Origin: Octopus sinensis
Lineage: Eukaryota
Length of the DNA: 64,000 nucleotides
Direction of reading: 5' to 3'
NCBI RefSeq assembly: GCF_006345805.1
Contig: NC_042998.1
Span: 173,786,001-173,850,000 of the forward strand
The notes under the pieces: model-generated
Seen by the model: the letters and a program-made list of their open reading frames with translations, nothing else
Told to the model about the DNA's origin: nothing
Database searches by the model: none
Translations under genes and position numbers: made by a program
Part shown: positions 13,493-26,837 of the stretch, piece after piece
Layout: every line of letters starts with the position of its first letter
Numbering within the stretch: position 1 is the first letter of the stretch

Positions 13493-15094
13493 AATTTTAC
13501 ACATGCCTTACTTAGGGTCCGGGGAGTGTCATCGGCAAAAATTTTTTTAACTTTTTGTCTAGGGCGAGCTCACAGCAATATCATATCTTCTCCACTACCA
13601 TTCCTTAAAACTTGAGAACTACACAACCAATCTCATTCAAATTTTACACATGCCTTACTTAGGGTCCATGTAGTTTCATGGGCAAAACAATGTTCAACGT
13701 CTTGCCTAGAGCGAGCCCATAGCAATATCATATCTTCTCCACTATTTCAGTATTACGTGTTAAAAGTGAAACAAAAACATTTCTCTATTTTATGTCAGAT
13801 AACAATAAAAATAATAATAACAATTGAATTATATGTAGTAAGTAATAATTAAGATCAAACTAAAGTATAATATAATCGTAACATAACAAAAGTAAAAGTA
13901 GCAATTGGTATAGCATTGCATCAATGACTTGAACTTGAATAAGTGATTTCACATGAATGGGAATAAATTAAAAATAAAATTTAAGTGCAGAAATGGAATA
14001 GTCCAGATGGAGCTGTGCTTTTACATTAGATTATCTGCTAATTAGCTAGCATTAAGTATCTATATGAAGTTTGGATGTATGTAATATCTGTTTTCTCGAA
14101 CAACCGCTCCTACAGAGTACTGCTGTTGGTTTATTTCTTATACATAAAGGACTAAAGCTTCCACTGCTTACTGCTTTCTGATTCATCATAAGGTTTGTTG
14201 TTATTATTATTACTGTTTAAATATTGTTATCACGTTTGTTGGCTCCTCGTAAAGGAAACATTGTTGTGTTGCATTTGTTAAATAATTGTAAACCATAACC
14301 CTCCCCCTTTGGGAGAAGGAGCTTTGGTTATTGTTTCAAAATTGAATTGTGTCCCTGTTTGGGGAAATTGACAATATTTTCACCGTTTACACGGAAGCAT
14401 TTTTGTTAGAATGCTTTCGATAGAAGAAAGTCCAAAAATGAATTTCGCTGCAGCTGTCGGCGGGCGCGAACTCATTGAAATTAAAATGGAAGAAATACGG
14501 ATTGATCACCGACAAAGACGGTGAATCTAGGATAACACCACCAAACGAAATAAAAAATTAAATTAAAGAAAATACTATTGTCTATAAAGTATACAATGTA
14601 GAGAAAAAAAAAGATTTGAACACCTGGAGGAAAGCACCACCGAAAAGTGTTTTGGTGCGACTATAAAAGATATCTAACTAGAGGTTAGATAGAAGCAAGG
14701 TTCGAGCCAACGGAGCGTGCAAGGGAGTACTCGACTCGAACCTTGCAAAGTGGAAATATTTTATTTTTACCTTTATATCTGGGACGTAGGACGTCCCGGA
14801 TAAAAATTTAAAATGTCCCCCCAGAAGCAGAGGTAGGCTGGATTGTAGCCACACTTCAATACAAGAGGGAGGACAAGATCCAATTGATCGAAATTGCAAG
14901 AGACGGGACTACAATTCCAGTCTTTTATATATTTTGAGTATTGTTATCACTAGCGATATCAAGATATAACTTTGTATTTTGTATTTTATGTGTAGATGTA
15001 TATATATAGATGTACATGTAATATGTACACATATATATATAGATATATACATGCACTAGCACTATGACCCAGCAACGACGGGTCATAATGCTAG
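13493..15094 (+). mobile_element. Non-autonomous Helitron-like element, copy 2
   Basis: Has a ~160 bp tandem repeat at the 5' side (13493-13745), the ORF1-like fragment at 14487-14910, and the 3' hairpin tatgaccc-agcaacgac-gggtcata followed by CTAG|T. Confidence 0.75.
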
Positions 15095-15309
15095 TCTATA
15101 TATATATATGTATGTGTGTATGTATGTATGCATATATATATCAGCTAGTACACTGCAGCCCCCTGCTGGGACAATGCCTTGAAGTGATCTACCGAACCAC
15201 TAAGTTACGTAACCAAACCGAACATCGATGGCCAAGTGGTGGGATATCTTCACGAAATTTAGAAGCTTGTTATCCACCTGAATATGATGAGGTGGTGCAC
15301 TGTATTAGG

Positions 15310-15552
15310 GCCTAGGTAAATCTGACAAAATGGCATCAGGAGTCTTGTCAACATACGGATTTAGAACCTGTTAATTTAAATCAACCTCAAACAAATATAG
15401 TTTCCTTTCAAGATTTTGTTTGTGAAGAATGCGGTCTCATTTGCAAAAACAAAGCACGTCTAGTGCCTTACAGAAGACACAAATACAAAAACTAAAATAT
15501 GGAGTGAATAAAAGTTATTTGGCACTTACTCACCAAAAACGATGAGTCCATC
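15310..15552 (+). mobile_element. 3' end of RTE-like LINE (terminal C2H2-like finger)
   Basis: FVCEECGLICKNKARLVPYRRHKYKN* followed by a short 3' UTR ending in (TA)n. Confidence 0.45.
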
Positions 15553-15859
15553 ATATATATATGTATATATATATGTACATGCATATATACCTACCCACCT
15601 ACTTATCTACCTCCATGCATACATACACACATACATACATACATACATACATACATACATACACACAGAGGCATTCTTTCATTCATTCAATAGAATTGAC
15701 AAATCCCACATTTGACGTGGAAGACTATTTATCGAAAATACGATGAATACTATCTTCAACTTTGAAGCCACAACTATCAACCTTATAAAATTACTGGTTA
15801 ATCTTCAGATGAATTTACTGAGGGAGCCTTTAATTCACGATCGTAGTGACGTTCGATTT

Positions 15860-17690
15860 GAATTTAGCCTGCAGAGAGCTACAACAAGCATCATGGCTGG
15901 ACACATCAACAACCGCACAACAGAAGGAACAGAACGAAAACAACAGCTCAACAGGTGAATACATGTTTTCTAGCTGTAGTTATAGAAGAAACTGTAATTA
16001 CAAAAAACTAATTTCCCTTGGAATTATGAATTAAATACTAGTCTATTTAATTGCTACAATAAAGCGGAAGAAAACCCCGCTGTTGGCTATACGAATCGAC
16101 TGAAACCATATAATAATCTGCATCTAGGATTATATCATCTTACAGCAAAGCAGCTACGCTAACAGACAACATTTCTAATACATAGGAAGAAGTTTAATAA
16201 CTGTAGCTTTCTTAAGAATACGAAAATTAACCTTCTTCCCAATTCTATAAACAAGAACGAAAACGTGAATGATACAAGACCACCACGTGGTGTCACAGCT
16301 AGCGACATTCCAACAGATTCCATGGTGCCTGCCAGCCAAACTACATTACTGACTCAAGTAACTGACCCCTACTGCGACTATGGTAAATAGCAGGCACCTG
16401 GAAGAGATTGATTATTGGATATTGGTACAAGAATCTCACGTTCTACCGACCATATCTTATCAATCTGTACCAGCAAGCTCTCATTGGAAACAGTAGCTCT
16501 GGCAGAGACCAAATTGATCCCCAAATGCAGAACCACACACATGGCAAAAAACTACCGGCCAATTGCATACCGGAACTTAATGTATAAGGTATATACAGTA
16601 TGTTTAAACCTCTTCCTTCAGGACCATTGTGAAACCAATGACATCATCACCGCAGAACAAACAGCTGGGTAAAAGGGAGCTTGGGGATGTGCTGAGCCAA
16701 TTTTAATCAGCAAAACTCTGCTGTCAGAGGTGCGAGAGCATATGAGGAACCTAGTTTCAATGTGGAAAGCCTACAAGAAAGTCTTTGACCCTGCCTCCAC
16801 TCATGGATGCTAGATGCCTTTCAACTTGCTAAAGTTCCTGTGAGCATAGTCAAAGCCATAGCTGACCTGACTTCATCGTGGGCCACCATCTTGAAATTAA
16901 ACACAAAGAGTGGCTGTATTATCACTGATAGAATGCAGTATAGCAAAGGCATATTCCAAAGGGACAGCCTCAATGTGATGTGTCATTCATGTTAAGGAAG
17001 TTTGAAGGATATCTCACTGGTACACAAGGAAACAGAAATACTAAAATTACACAGTTTCTTTGTGGATGACTTAAACTTTATGCAAAGAATATGCATGAGA
17101 TGAATAAGAGCATTGCTCTAATTATGTTCTCAAAGGATGTAAAGTTGGAGTTTGGTCAGGATAGAGTTGTGCAAAAGGGGACACTATAAACCCGACTAGT
17201 AAAATCTTCATCAATGATTTGACTGTTCCCCCTATATCTGACGAAGAATGTTACCGGTATCAAGGGGTAGATGGAAACATATATTACAATGGCACCTGTA
17301 ACAAAACACGTGTCGTTATAGAATATTACAGCCGAATAAAGAAAGTTTGGACCTCAGAACTCTCTGCATTCAATAAAACAGTGGCCGAAAATATGTTTGC
17401 AGTGCCAGTACTCATATCGACATTTGACAGCTTGATTGGCCGCTTGATGAGATCCGAGCCATTGATGTAAAAACCCGAAAAATACGAACAAGCACACATA
17501 ATTTCCACATAAACAGTGACGTAGACCGTATCTGCCTAAAACGGAAACCAGGTGGCTGAGGATTAACATCAATCCAAAAATTCCTTTCAAGGTCGCATCA
17601 TATCCATTCAGAAAACATCTTTTAACCACCAAGTGTCGAAGTGCATCCCTTGCCTAAGTTTGCATACAAGAGGCTGATAACATCATAACT
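15860..17690 (+). mobile_element. R4/Dong-clade non-LTR retrotransposon, degenerate RT
   Basis: N-terminal CYNKAEENPAVGYTNRLK. RT motifs LIPK..KNYRPIA, EQTAG*KGAWGC, YKKVFD, GIFQRDSL, FFVDDL, YRYQGV, and a later ELSAFNK. Confidence 0.85.
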
Positions 17691-17790
17691 ATATATGTAT
17701 ATGTATATATACATATATGTGTATGTATGTATGTATGTGTTTCGCATGAGTGAGTGTGCATGCGTGTGTGAGTGTGTGTGTGTGTGAGTG

Positions 17791-17843
<53 letters not shown>

Positions 17844-17941
17844 TTTTAAGATTTCCCTTAAGAATAGCAATATTAATAGCCTGGTATTAGAACTCAACAT
17901 ACATATACTTCAGGACAAAGCTTTTTTGATAAGTACAGACC

Positions 17942-17972
<31 letters not shown>

Positions 17973-18089
17973 TGTATGTATGTATGTATGTATGTATGTA
18001 TGTACGTACGTATGTATGTATGTATGTATGTATGTATGTATGTCAGCATTTTGCGGATGTAACGTCTATGAAGTGGATTTCCTCATACA

Positions 18090-18689
18090 CCAGTGAAGTA
18101 TCCGAAATTTCGAAATCAGCACTGGTATTGCAAACGCATTGTGGAATAGTCTTGTGAGAGGAGAGTTCGGACAGTCGTACTTTTCTAAGTCTGTATAATA
18201 TTCTTGGGTCACAATATCTTATCTCACATCACCTTTTTATATGTTTTCATCAATATCTAGGTACTTGTAGTATTCTTTGTAATGGACGGCAGAGATAATG
18301 AGACCATTGATACATAGGTTTCGGGTTTCGAGGACTTATTTTCCCCATTCATCAATCAAATTTGAAGATTTCCTTTGACAGAATTCAATTCCTATATCAG
18401 TTGAAAATGTTATTTTAAATTCCAGCTGTCTTTTTCTTTTTTGAATTCTTTTACTCTTTTACTTGTTTCGGTCATTTGACAGTGGCCATGCTGTAGCACC
18501 ACCATTAGTCAAGTAAATCGACCACAGGACTTATTCTTTGTAAGCCTAGTACTTATTCTATCAGCTCTCTTATGCCGAAAAGCTAAGTTACGGGGACGTA
18601 AACACACCAGCATCGGTTGTCAAACGATGTTTGGGGGACAAACACAGACACACGAACGTATACACACGCATACATACATACACACATAC

Positions 18690-18740
<51 letters not shown>

Positions 18741-19015
18741 TACGACGGGCTTGTTTCAGCTTCCGTTTACCAAATCCACTCACAAGGCTTTGGTTGGCCC
18801 GAGGCTATAGTAGAAGACACTTTCCCAAGGTGCCACGCAGTCGGACTGAACCCGGAAGCATGTGGTTGGTAAGCAAGTTACTTACCACACATCCACTCTT
18901 ATAAATATTGAGGTCATCCACAAAGAAATTATGGGTTACATTAATATCTCTAGCAGTTGCAGACCCTAGCGTGTAACCGTTTTTTATTTTGTACCAGGAA
19001 TGATAATGGGTTTAG
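18090..19015 (-). mobile_element. Second R4/Dong-like RT fragment, interrupted by a SINE
   Basis: Reverse complement reads NPLSFL...THNFFVDDLNIY (18900-19010) and YKYLDIDEN (about 18250). Confidence 0.65.
18449..18897 (-). mobile_element. SINE family A
   Basis: tRNA-like head gtggatgtgtggtaag...gggttcagtcc and the family body. Confidence 0.88.
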
Positions 19016-19429
19016 GGCCAAAATGAACAAAAATATTTATACCTTTGGAGACAATCGTTCCACTCCATTTTTTAAGTGTAATAATTGCTCCCCAGGTTTT
19101 TCTTAGCCCCTCAGTAGTTGTATACATGTATGTATGTATGTATGCATGTACATATGCATTCACGCATGCAAGAATCTACGTATGTATGTACATATGTATG
19201 TTATACTTTTACGAAGAGGGAGAAGGTAAGGACTTCGAAATTACAGCCTGCCAGTCTTCGTTGGACTGTCCGACGAAGGTTATCACGCCTAAACTTCGAC
19301 GTCACTGTCTTGTAAAAATTATGTGTACTCCCAAAGAAGTCTTGAGTAATTCCTCATTTTAATGTTAAAACAGACATTAACACACACACACACATACATA
19401 TACTCATATATTCACATATCATTACATAC

Positions 19430-19460
<31 letters not shown>

Positions 19461-20731
19461 CATACATACATACAAGGAAAATATTTTGATATTGGCATTC
19501 AAATTCTGCCTTTGACTGACATAAAAATCACTTTGTACTTCTTCATTGGAAAAATTCCAATTTTATGCTCTAGTAAATGTATTGAGTGCTCACTTAGTTT
19601 ATAAGTCATTTGGTTCATCATGAGCGTGTATGAAGCACATGCATCACTGCATACATTTGCGAATGTGTGTGTGTGTGCACGAGGGTGCGTGTGTGTATGT
19701 GTTTGTGCATATATATATATATATGAAATATGAAAGACGCAAAGTAAGGGAGGTATGTGCAGATAAGCAGACACATAAGCAGGAACAAAGACATCTAAGC
19801 TAAGCCATGAGTGTAAAAGTGATGGTAAGTTTAAAGCTGGTAGAGATAGATATAACTCCCACAAGGGGATACTGTGAAAGACAAAATGACAGAAAGGATA
19901 ACAAAACCAGAGGTGTGTGTGTGTGTGCGGTGATGTGATTACATGTGTGCGTGCCAGTGCGTGTTACATGGTGGGTAGAGAGAGTGTAGTTGATATAATT
20001 GCAAAAGTGGAAATGTCTAGCGAAAAAGAGTGACAATGAAAAAAGATGATATACACATCGTTGAACATAAGCAGTTAGAGGGGTGTTGCACGCAGAACAA
20101 AAGCTGGCAACTGCTCTTCGTATGCCGTTGATATAAAATTCTGTATTTGAATATTTGATATAAAATATTTCCCCATATATCATCAGTGATGGTACATTAG
20201 AGAAAGCATGAAATACAAGAAATTATTTATTAATAGCTATCACATTAGAGTGGTGAATTTCAGAATCGAGAGATCTGCCTAGAAAATGTTTTTCAATATT
20301 TTGTTACGTCTCTTTATATTCTGAGTTAAATCTGACCTATGTTGATCATAGCAGTCATTGCTCCCAGTTCGAGAAAGTGAGATCAAATCCAGTACACAAC
20401 GATTTTGTCCATTACCCTTCATGGTTCGATATCATTAATGAAGTAGCGGCATTTTATGTAAATAATTATGTCCTTCTCCAAACATTTCAAACCTTTCTCC
20501 GTATAATTGTAGTCATTACGAATTGGTTTAAACAGAGTGTTAGATATTCAGAATCAACAGACTGCGAATGAAATGTCTTATGATATTTAGTTTTGTATAT
20601 CTTTGAACTTTTTATCAAACAATTGCCAAAACTAGCACATTATTATTAATATCTTCCAGCGCATTGATCCAATCGGTACGATTCCGATTGAGAGACGCTG
20701 GAGTATTTAAATGGACCATAAAAACTGTCAT

Positions 20732-20775
<44 letters not shown>

Positions 20776-21022
20776 ACACACACATACACACAAACACACC
20801 ACACACACATATACATATACACAAATTTACATATGAATACATACATATATACATACGTATATGTTCATCCATCCAACCATACATACATACGCGCACACAC
20901 GCACACACGCACACACACACACACACACATACAAACTAAGGTAGAATAGGTACTTCAATATATTTTGTTCCAGCGCTCCCAACGATGGGCAGCTTTTCAC
21001 TGAATCCTGATTTCAACTTTCA

Positions 21023-21097
<75 letters not shown>

Positions 21098-21184
21098 ATA
21101 TCTATCTATTTGTCTATCTGTTTGTTAGCCTGTCTTTACACACGTATACACACATACACACACACAAACACACACACACACATA

Positions 21185-21905
21185 CAGGGTGCGGGGAATA
21201 AATTGTCGTCTAAATTGTACAAAAATGAAAATAACACCAACATCTCATTTTAACAGATATATTTACCAAAATCACATACAAATATCTTGAAATACTAAAA
21301 AGTACATTTTTTCAATAAAATTGCCATTAACTTCAACCAGGGTCTTCAGACGACTTCGGAATCTCCTGCAACTCCTTTGGACAGTCTTCTTGTTTCACTT
21401 TAATGCTGCCATATTCCTTGCCTTCAGTTAATCTTTGGTGTTACAAGGAGTTTTGTTGGTCTCTCGCTCAGATGCATCCCATACATAATAATCAAGGGTT
21501 TGCAGTCTTATGGTTAGGTGGCCAGATATCAGGTGTGATGTGGTCGCAGAAATTATCTCACAGCTATCACAGGGTTCTCATACTTGTGTGGCATGGTGCA
21601 GAGTCCTGTTGACAGACGTAGGGTCTTCCAGCAGTAATCATCCTGACACATGGCAGCCCTACCTCATCAAGGAGCTTGCTGTAGGCCCCCATGTTGAGTC
21701 TGTGGCCGTTTTGGAAGATGAATGGAAGCATAATGTCAGCATCACTAGTGATCACTCCAAACACTATGATGCTGACTGGATGTTTGATTTTTATCACTCT
21801 CAGTACATGTCCTCAGTTTGCACTGTTCTCAGATTGACAACCAAACACTCTGAAATGTTTGTATGGGAGCGTCCGGCGCGAATGCCAAACAGTACAGCAT
21901 GCCCA
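21185..21905 (-). mobile_element. maT/DD37D-like Tc1/mariner fragment
   Basis: TA followed by a CAGGGTG TIR. Peptide KHPVSIIVFGVITSD...RPYVCQQDSAPCH. Confidence 0.8.
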
Positions 21906-21962
21906 TTATTTATACTATTTATATTATTTCAGGGATGTTTGTCTTCATTTTGTTAGTTGTTA

Positions 21963-22007
21963 GCACAACGTTTCCGCTGATATACTCCCCAGCCTTCGTC
22001 AGGTGTC
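21963..22007 (-). ncRNA. Minimal type-I hammerhead motif, family F
   Basis: Reverse complement GACAC-CUGACGA-A-GGCUG(10 nt)CAGCG-GAAA-CG-UU-GUGC. There is one mismatch at the base of stem II. Confidence 0.65.
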
Positions 22008-22054
22008 TTGGAGAAATTTCGAACCTGATTTCTCATTCCTAAGGTATTTTACGA

Positions 22055-22062
22055 TGTTGTTG

Positions 22063-22127
<65 letters not shown>

Positions 22128-22251
22128 GTTGTTGTTATATTATTGTTGTTATTGTTATTATTATTACCATTATTATTATTCAGGTCAGTGACCTGAATAA
22201 TAATAATGATAATAATAATAACAATAACAACAATAATATAATAACAACAAA

Positions 22252-22283
<32 letters not shown>

Positions 22284-22300
22284 TAATAATAATAATAATA

Positions 22301-22305
<5 letters not shown>
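22055..22305. repeat. (TTA)n/(TAA)n inverted duplication centred on tcaggtca-g-tgacctga
   Basis: The interruptions in the left TTA tract are mirrored in the right TAA tract. Confidence 0.85.
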
Positions 22306-22353
<48 letters not shown>

Positions 22354-22899
22354 TAACTACGAATTTATTTTCGGCAGTATTATGTTGTGACTCACGTGGT
22401 AGAAATTCTGGAGGGAGATACGAATTCACTTGTCTATATAAATGTGGATATGCTGATTAGCTTCTGTATGCCCCGATGTCGCTTGGTCGGAAATATGGAG
22501 GGTAAGATTTCCTAGCATTTCTAGATTTATTTATCGGAATATTATGTTGATGAAAGAAATGAATCTTTGATTCTAATCCAGAAACGTATGCGTCCATAAT
22601 TGACCGTAGACTGTTTGATTTCGTTATTTTTCTTCGTTTTTTTGCTATATTACAAATACTGTTGTCGATGGGACCATATTTTTGTAGTAAAAGAAATAAC
22701 AGTCCTCTAGCTGCTATTTCTAATACTTTCGGTATGTGGTGTAGCAACCTCTTGCAAAGACCCTCATTGTTATAATTACATATAATTTTACCGAATATGG
22801 TCCTTTTCCATACCGAAATGCTACTTGGTGAAATTTGTTGATTTTATTAAATTAATTATATTTCACCCTTTATCTGTACTGACTATATATATACATATA

Positions 22900-23050
22900 T
22901 ACGACGGACTTCTTTCAGTTTCCGTCTACCAAATCCACTCACAAGGCTTTGGTCGGTCCGAGGCTATACTAGAAGACACTTGCTCAAGGTGCCACGCTGT
23001 GGGACTGAACCCGGAAACATGTGATTGGCAAGCAAGCTACTTACCACATG
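22900..23050 (-). mobile_element. SINE family A, 5' fragment
   Basis: ctaccaaatccactcacaaggc...gggactgaacccgg. Confidence 0.8.
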
Positions 23051-23794
23051 CTCTTTTCTTTGACATTTGCAATTTTCCTGCGGTCGTGCACTGAAAGATG
23101 TGAGACAATTGCAGGTAAACTCAATAATTGTTTGCAATGTTCCTATCAAGTACAGGAATCATAGCACGATGCATGCCCAAAGCCTTGTTTGTATTCGAAG
23201 CTAGTAGGTGTTATTCTTCTGTTCGTAATTGCTACATAGGAGCCAACCTTTTTTACTAAGAATGTTGTAAACAAAACTTTGTAATAAAGATGAACTATAC
23301 CGAAATTTACGTTTGCCTTTTAGACTGGCATAATGCTTAATGTTAATATAAGTTTCATCAAGAAATGCACGCGAGCGCGTGCGCTCACACACACATTACA
23401 CACACACATAATGCTAATGTTGTTTTGTTTCATCTAGAGTTTTATTTATCTTCTCCATCAATTTGTAGATTCAGAATGAACAAAATATCAAATTCCCAGT
23501 CGCAATCGGCAGATTGTCAGTCAACTGTAAGAAGTTGAATTCTAGATCTGACATTTCCGAGTATACAGATATACTGATTTGATACACCTTGCTGCTCAAT
23601 GAAGCAAAATCACTTTTAATCTATGTATTTCAATAGATGTCTGTATTGAGTCCAATGCCGCCTACGAAATCGGACCGTTATGAAGTGATCTCACATTGGT
23701 AGTAAATTGCAACGGCAAAAATTTCATTACCGACTTGCGAAAAGTGCAATCTAAATATGTTTGTTCAACGTTATAAACTTAAATGATTCGAATT

Positions 23795-23864
<70 letters not shown>

Positions 23865-24684
23865 GTGTGTGTGTGTGTGAGTACATTGTCTCTAATTTGC
23901 CATCTAACAAAATCGAAATTATTTAAGTTTGAAAATTAAGAGATAATGAAAATATTCAACTTTTCTTAACTGGAATGCCGATGTGGTTTGTTGACACCTA
24001 TAAATCATCAATTACCGCAAATTAGCTTCATACAAATATACATCCGCTCCACTTTTTCTAATCAGTTGTATCTAATGCGTTTGGATTTTGGACAGTGCTT
24101 TTCTAATGTATTTTATGTTTGCAGTGCAACAGGACAAAACACATTTGAGTCCCATGATCTTTTTCTCTTTCTTTTTTTCATAATGATCAGTTTCACATTC
24201 CCATATTATTTATTTACAGCGTGGTGGACAAAACTACAGAGAGTTCAGTGTTTATCAAACATTCGATATAACATTTTTTTTTATTGACATTTCTCTTTCA
24301 AAATAGTTTAATGTCAAAGCCTGATATGCGTGCTGTGTTCTACTTTACATATCAAAAAATATTATCCAGTGATTTTCTTTTTCAAGCCAAAACAAAATTT
24401 AGAATACTTTTTATGTAGTGTTCAGCATATTAGAAGTAATGAGAATCGTTTTAGACAAATCGTCCTTTTATCATATGTACGATAAGAAGGCATACAGAAT
24501 TACAAACGAAACTTTGACATTTAAACATCACTATAAACTGTAAATGAATCTTGTACAGATTTATCGAGGAAAGGAAGAAATACATCAGACTGATATCACG
24601 ACATCGTTTCAAGTCATTGAAAACTAAGGGGTAGAAAATTTTAATTGAAATTACCAACCTTAAATATATCATGTGAGAATATAT

Positions 24685-24917
24685 ATCTCTTTACTACCCA
24701 CAAGGGGCTAAACACAGGGGACAAACAAGAACAGACAAAGAGATTAGGCCGATTAAATCGATCCCAGTACGTAACTGGTACTTAATTTATCGACCCCGAA
24801 AGGATGAAAGGCAAAGTCGACCTCGGCGGAATTTGAACTCAGAACGTAGCTGCAGACGAAATACTGGAAAGCATTTCGCCCGGCGCGCTAACGTTTCTGC
24901 AATCACGCCGCCCTTCG
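24685..24917 (-). mobile_element. tRNA-derived SINE family B (MESC/Meta-like core) with 13 bp TSD
   Basis: Core gcctttcatcctttcggggtcgataaattaagtacc on the reverse complement. TSD tgtgagaatatat at 24672-24684 and 24918-24930. Confidence 0.9.
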
Positions 24918-25125
24918 TGTGAGAATATATTGAAGAGAAAACTTAAAAGAAATACAAAATAATGAATTTCCATGATTATGCATTGTATATTTTACAGCAG
25001 AGATCAAACATTCATTAAGACAGTAAGTATTTAAATGGAATAAATTTCTAACGTCATTATTTTCTAACACCGTTTTTCTTTTCTCATGAGAATTCTGAAA
25101 TTGATAAAAAATTATATTCCCATAA

Positions 25126-26652
25126 TTTACGTTTTATTACGAATCTGACCTTTCTTTTTAATATATTAATGGAAATAAGTTACATGGGAAAAAATCAGTA
25201 ACGAATACTAAAATATGTCGTGTCTAAATACCTGAACTGGTAATAACGAATATCTGAAAGTATAAAGCTATAGAAGTGGATAACAAACCTAGTTGATTTT
25301 TTAATACTGAAAATTTCATTGTAAACCACGATGAGATACGAAATTACTGAGGCCAAAATGCTTCAAATTTTTAGTGTTCGTGAGAGAGTGTATATGAATG
25401 CGTGGTGCGTGTTCTATACAGACAAATAATTGCCTTAAGATTTTTTCCACGTGAAAATTACTTCATAAGAGCACAGCTCCCCAAATGACTAAACGACCAA
25501 GCCTCTACTCGGTTGCTCGGTTAATTAGAATAAATGGTCAAATCTCACTACAGTCTTTTAAAACGCAAGACACAGTGACCAATGTAAACATAGTCACAAT
25601 ATGCAAAAAAAAAATTATGGAATCGTCACGACTAAAATATTTCTGTTCACACATGTACAGTTAGGGATAACCAAGTGTTAAGAGTCAGCAAGCAAGAGCA
25701 ATGCTAATGTAAAACATTGATTTTGAAATAGTATCACTTCTTGGGAAATTTGCGAATCAGATGACTGGTGGAGCAAAAACGTGTTAAACTTGAATAGCAA
25801 AAACAAACAAGCCACATAGATCAATTCTAAAGTCAATGTCCAGTTACAGATTATTAATTTAAGAATAAATTAGAATGAAATGTATGTTGAATTGGCACCT
25901 TTCTTTGCAAGCATGGATATTTATATAGCTGTATTTCCTGTATTGCAGCTGTTCTTCGCAACTATCATTTGGTTTAGTCTTGTAAAAGAACGAAAGGTGT
26001 ATAAACGGGCTTACAGGATTAACTCACGTCATTTCTGTAAAATTGCTTATTTTCAACCCGAACTAATCTAACAATTTTAGCAAATTGCATATCTCTTCAT
26101 GACAAATAAATCAAATACATTTCTGGTCCAAGCAATTTCACGTTGGTTTCACTGATTGTGTCCTTAACAAAAGCATACACTCTACACCCTCTTATCTCTG
26201 CACTTAAAAATAAACACTTTGTCGTTGCCAGTAGAATTCTACTTACAAGATTTAAGCTACAACTGTACCGGATTCGATTCTTATTGAAACTAATTGATTA
26301 CCTTAAACATTTGAGAAATGCAATCGCATTGTTGCTTTCTATTCGCGAAATGTGTAATCAAGATATAATCAGCAGAAACCAGCATCGTTTTTTTTTGTCT
26401 GTGTGTATTTTTAACATATATATATACTGCATATGTTTTATACATAACGACCTCTTCTTTATACTTTATAGCTTTATACTTTATAACTTTATACTTTCAG
26501 ATATTCGTTATTACCAGTTCACGTATTTAGACACGATATATTTTAATATTCGTTACTGATTTTTTCCCATATAACTTATTTTCCTTGATACATTAAAAAG
26601 AAAGGTCAGATTCGTAATAAAACATAAAGAAGAGGTCGTTATATATAAAACA
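25126..26652. repeat. Nested inverted repeats (145 bp arms 1.2 kb apart; 28 bp IR around the right arm)
   Basis: 25126-25272 matches 26482-26628 at about 90% by eye. 26434-26461 matches 26625-26652 with 1 mismatch. Confidence 0.85.
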
Positions 26653-26837
26653 ATTATCCGCTTCTTTAGAAAGTCACGCGCTAATGAGATCAATTTATCA
26701 TGGCATAGCTGCCACTGAAGATTTAGATTAACTCGTCCAAACACCTAAATATTTAATTTCATTATTATTGTGTTGTAATGCATTAAATGATTGTTCCATG
26801 AAACCCTTATTAATTAACTTGATTCTTCTGGCAATGA

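Noticed and set aside
15155-15170. CTCF-like motif (reverse complement ccagcagggggctg)
   Set aside because: It is a single motif match inside probable repeat debris and cannot be supported alone.
23050-23390. Cys-rich peptide FTCNC..CKC on the minus strand suggesting a transposase C-terminus
   Set aside because: It is too short and disrupted to assign.
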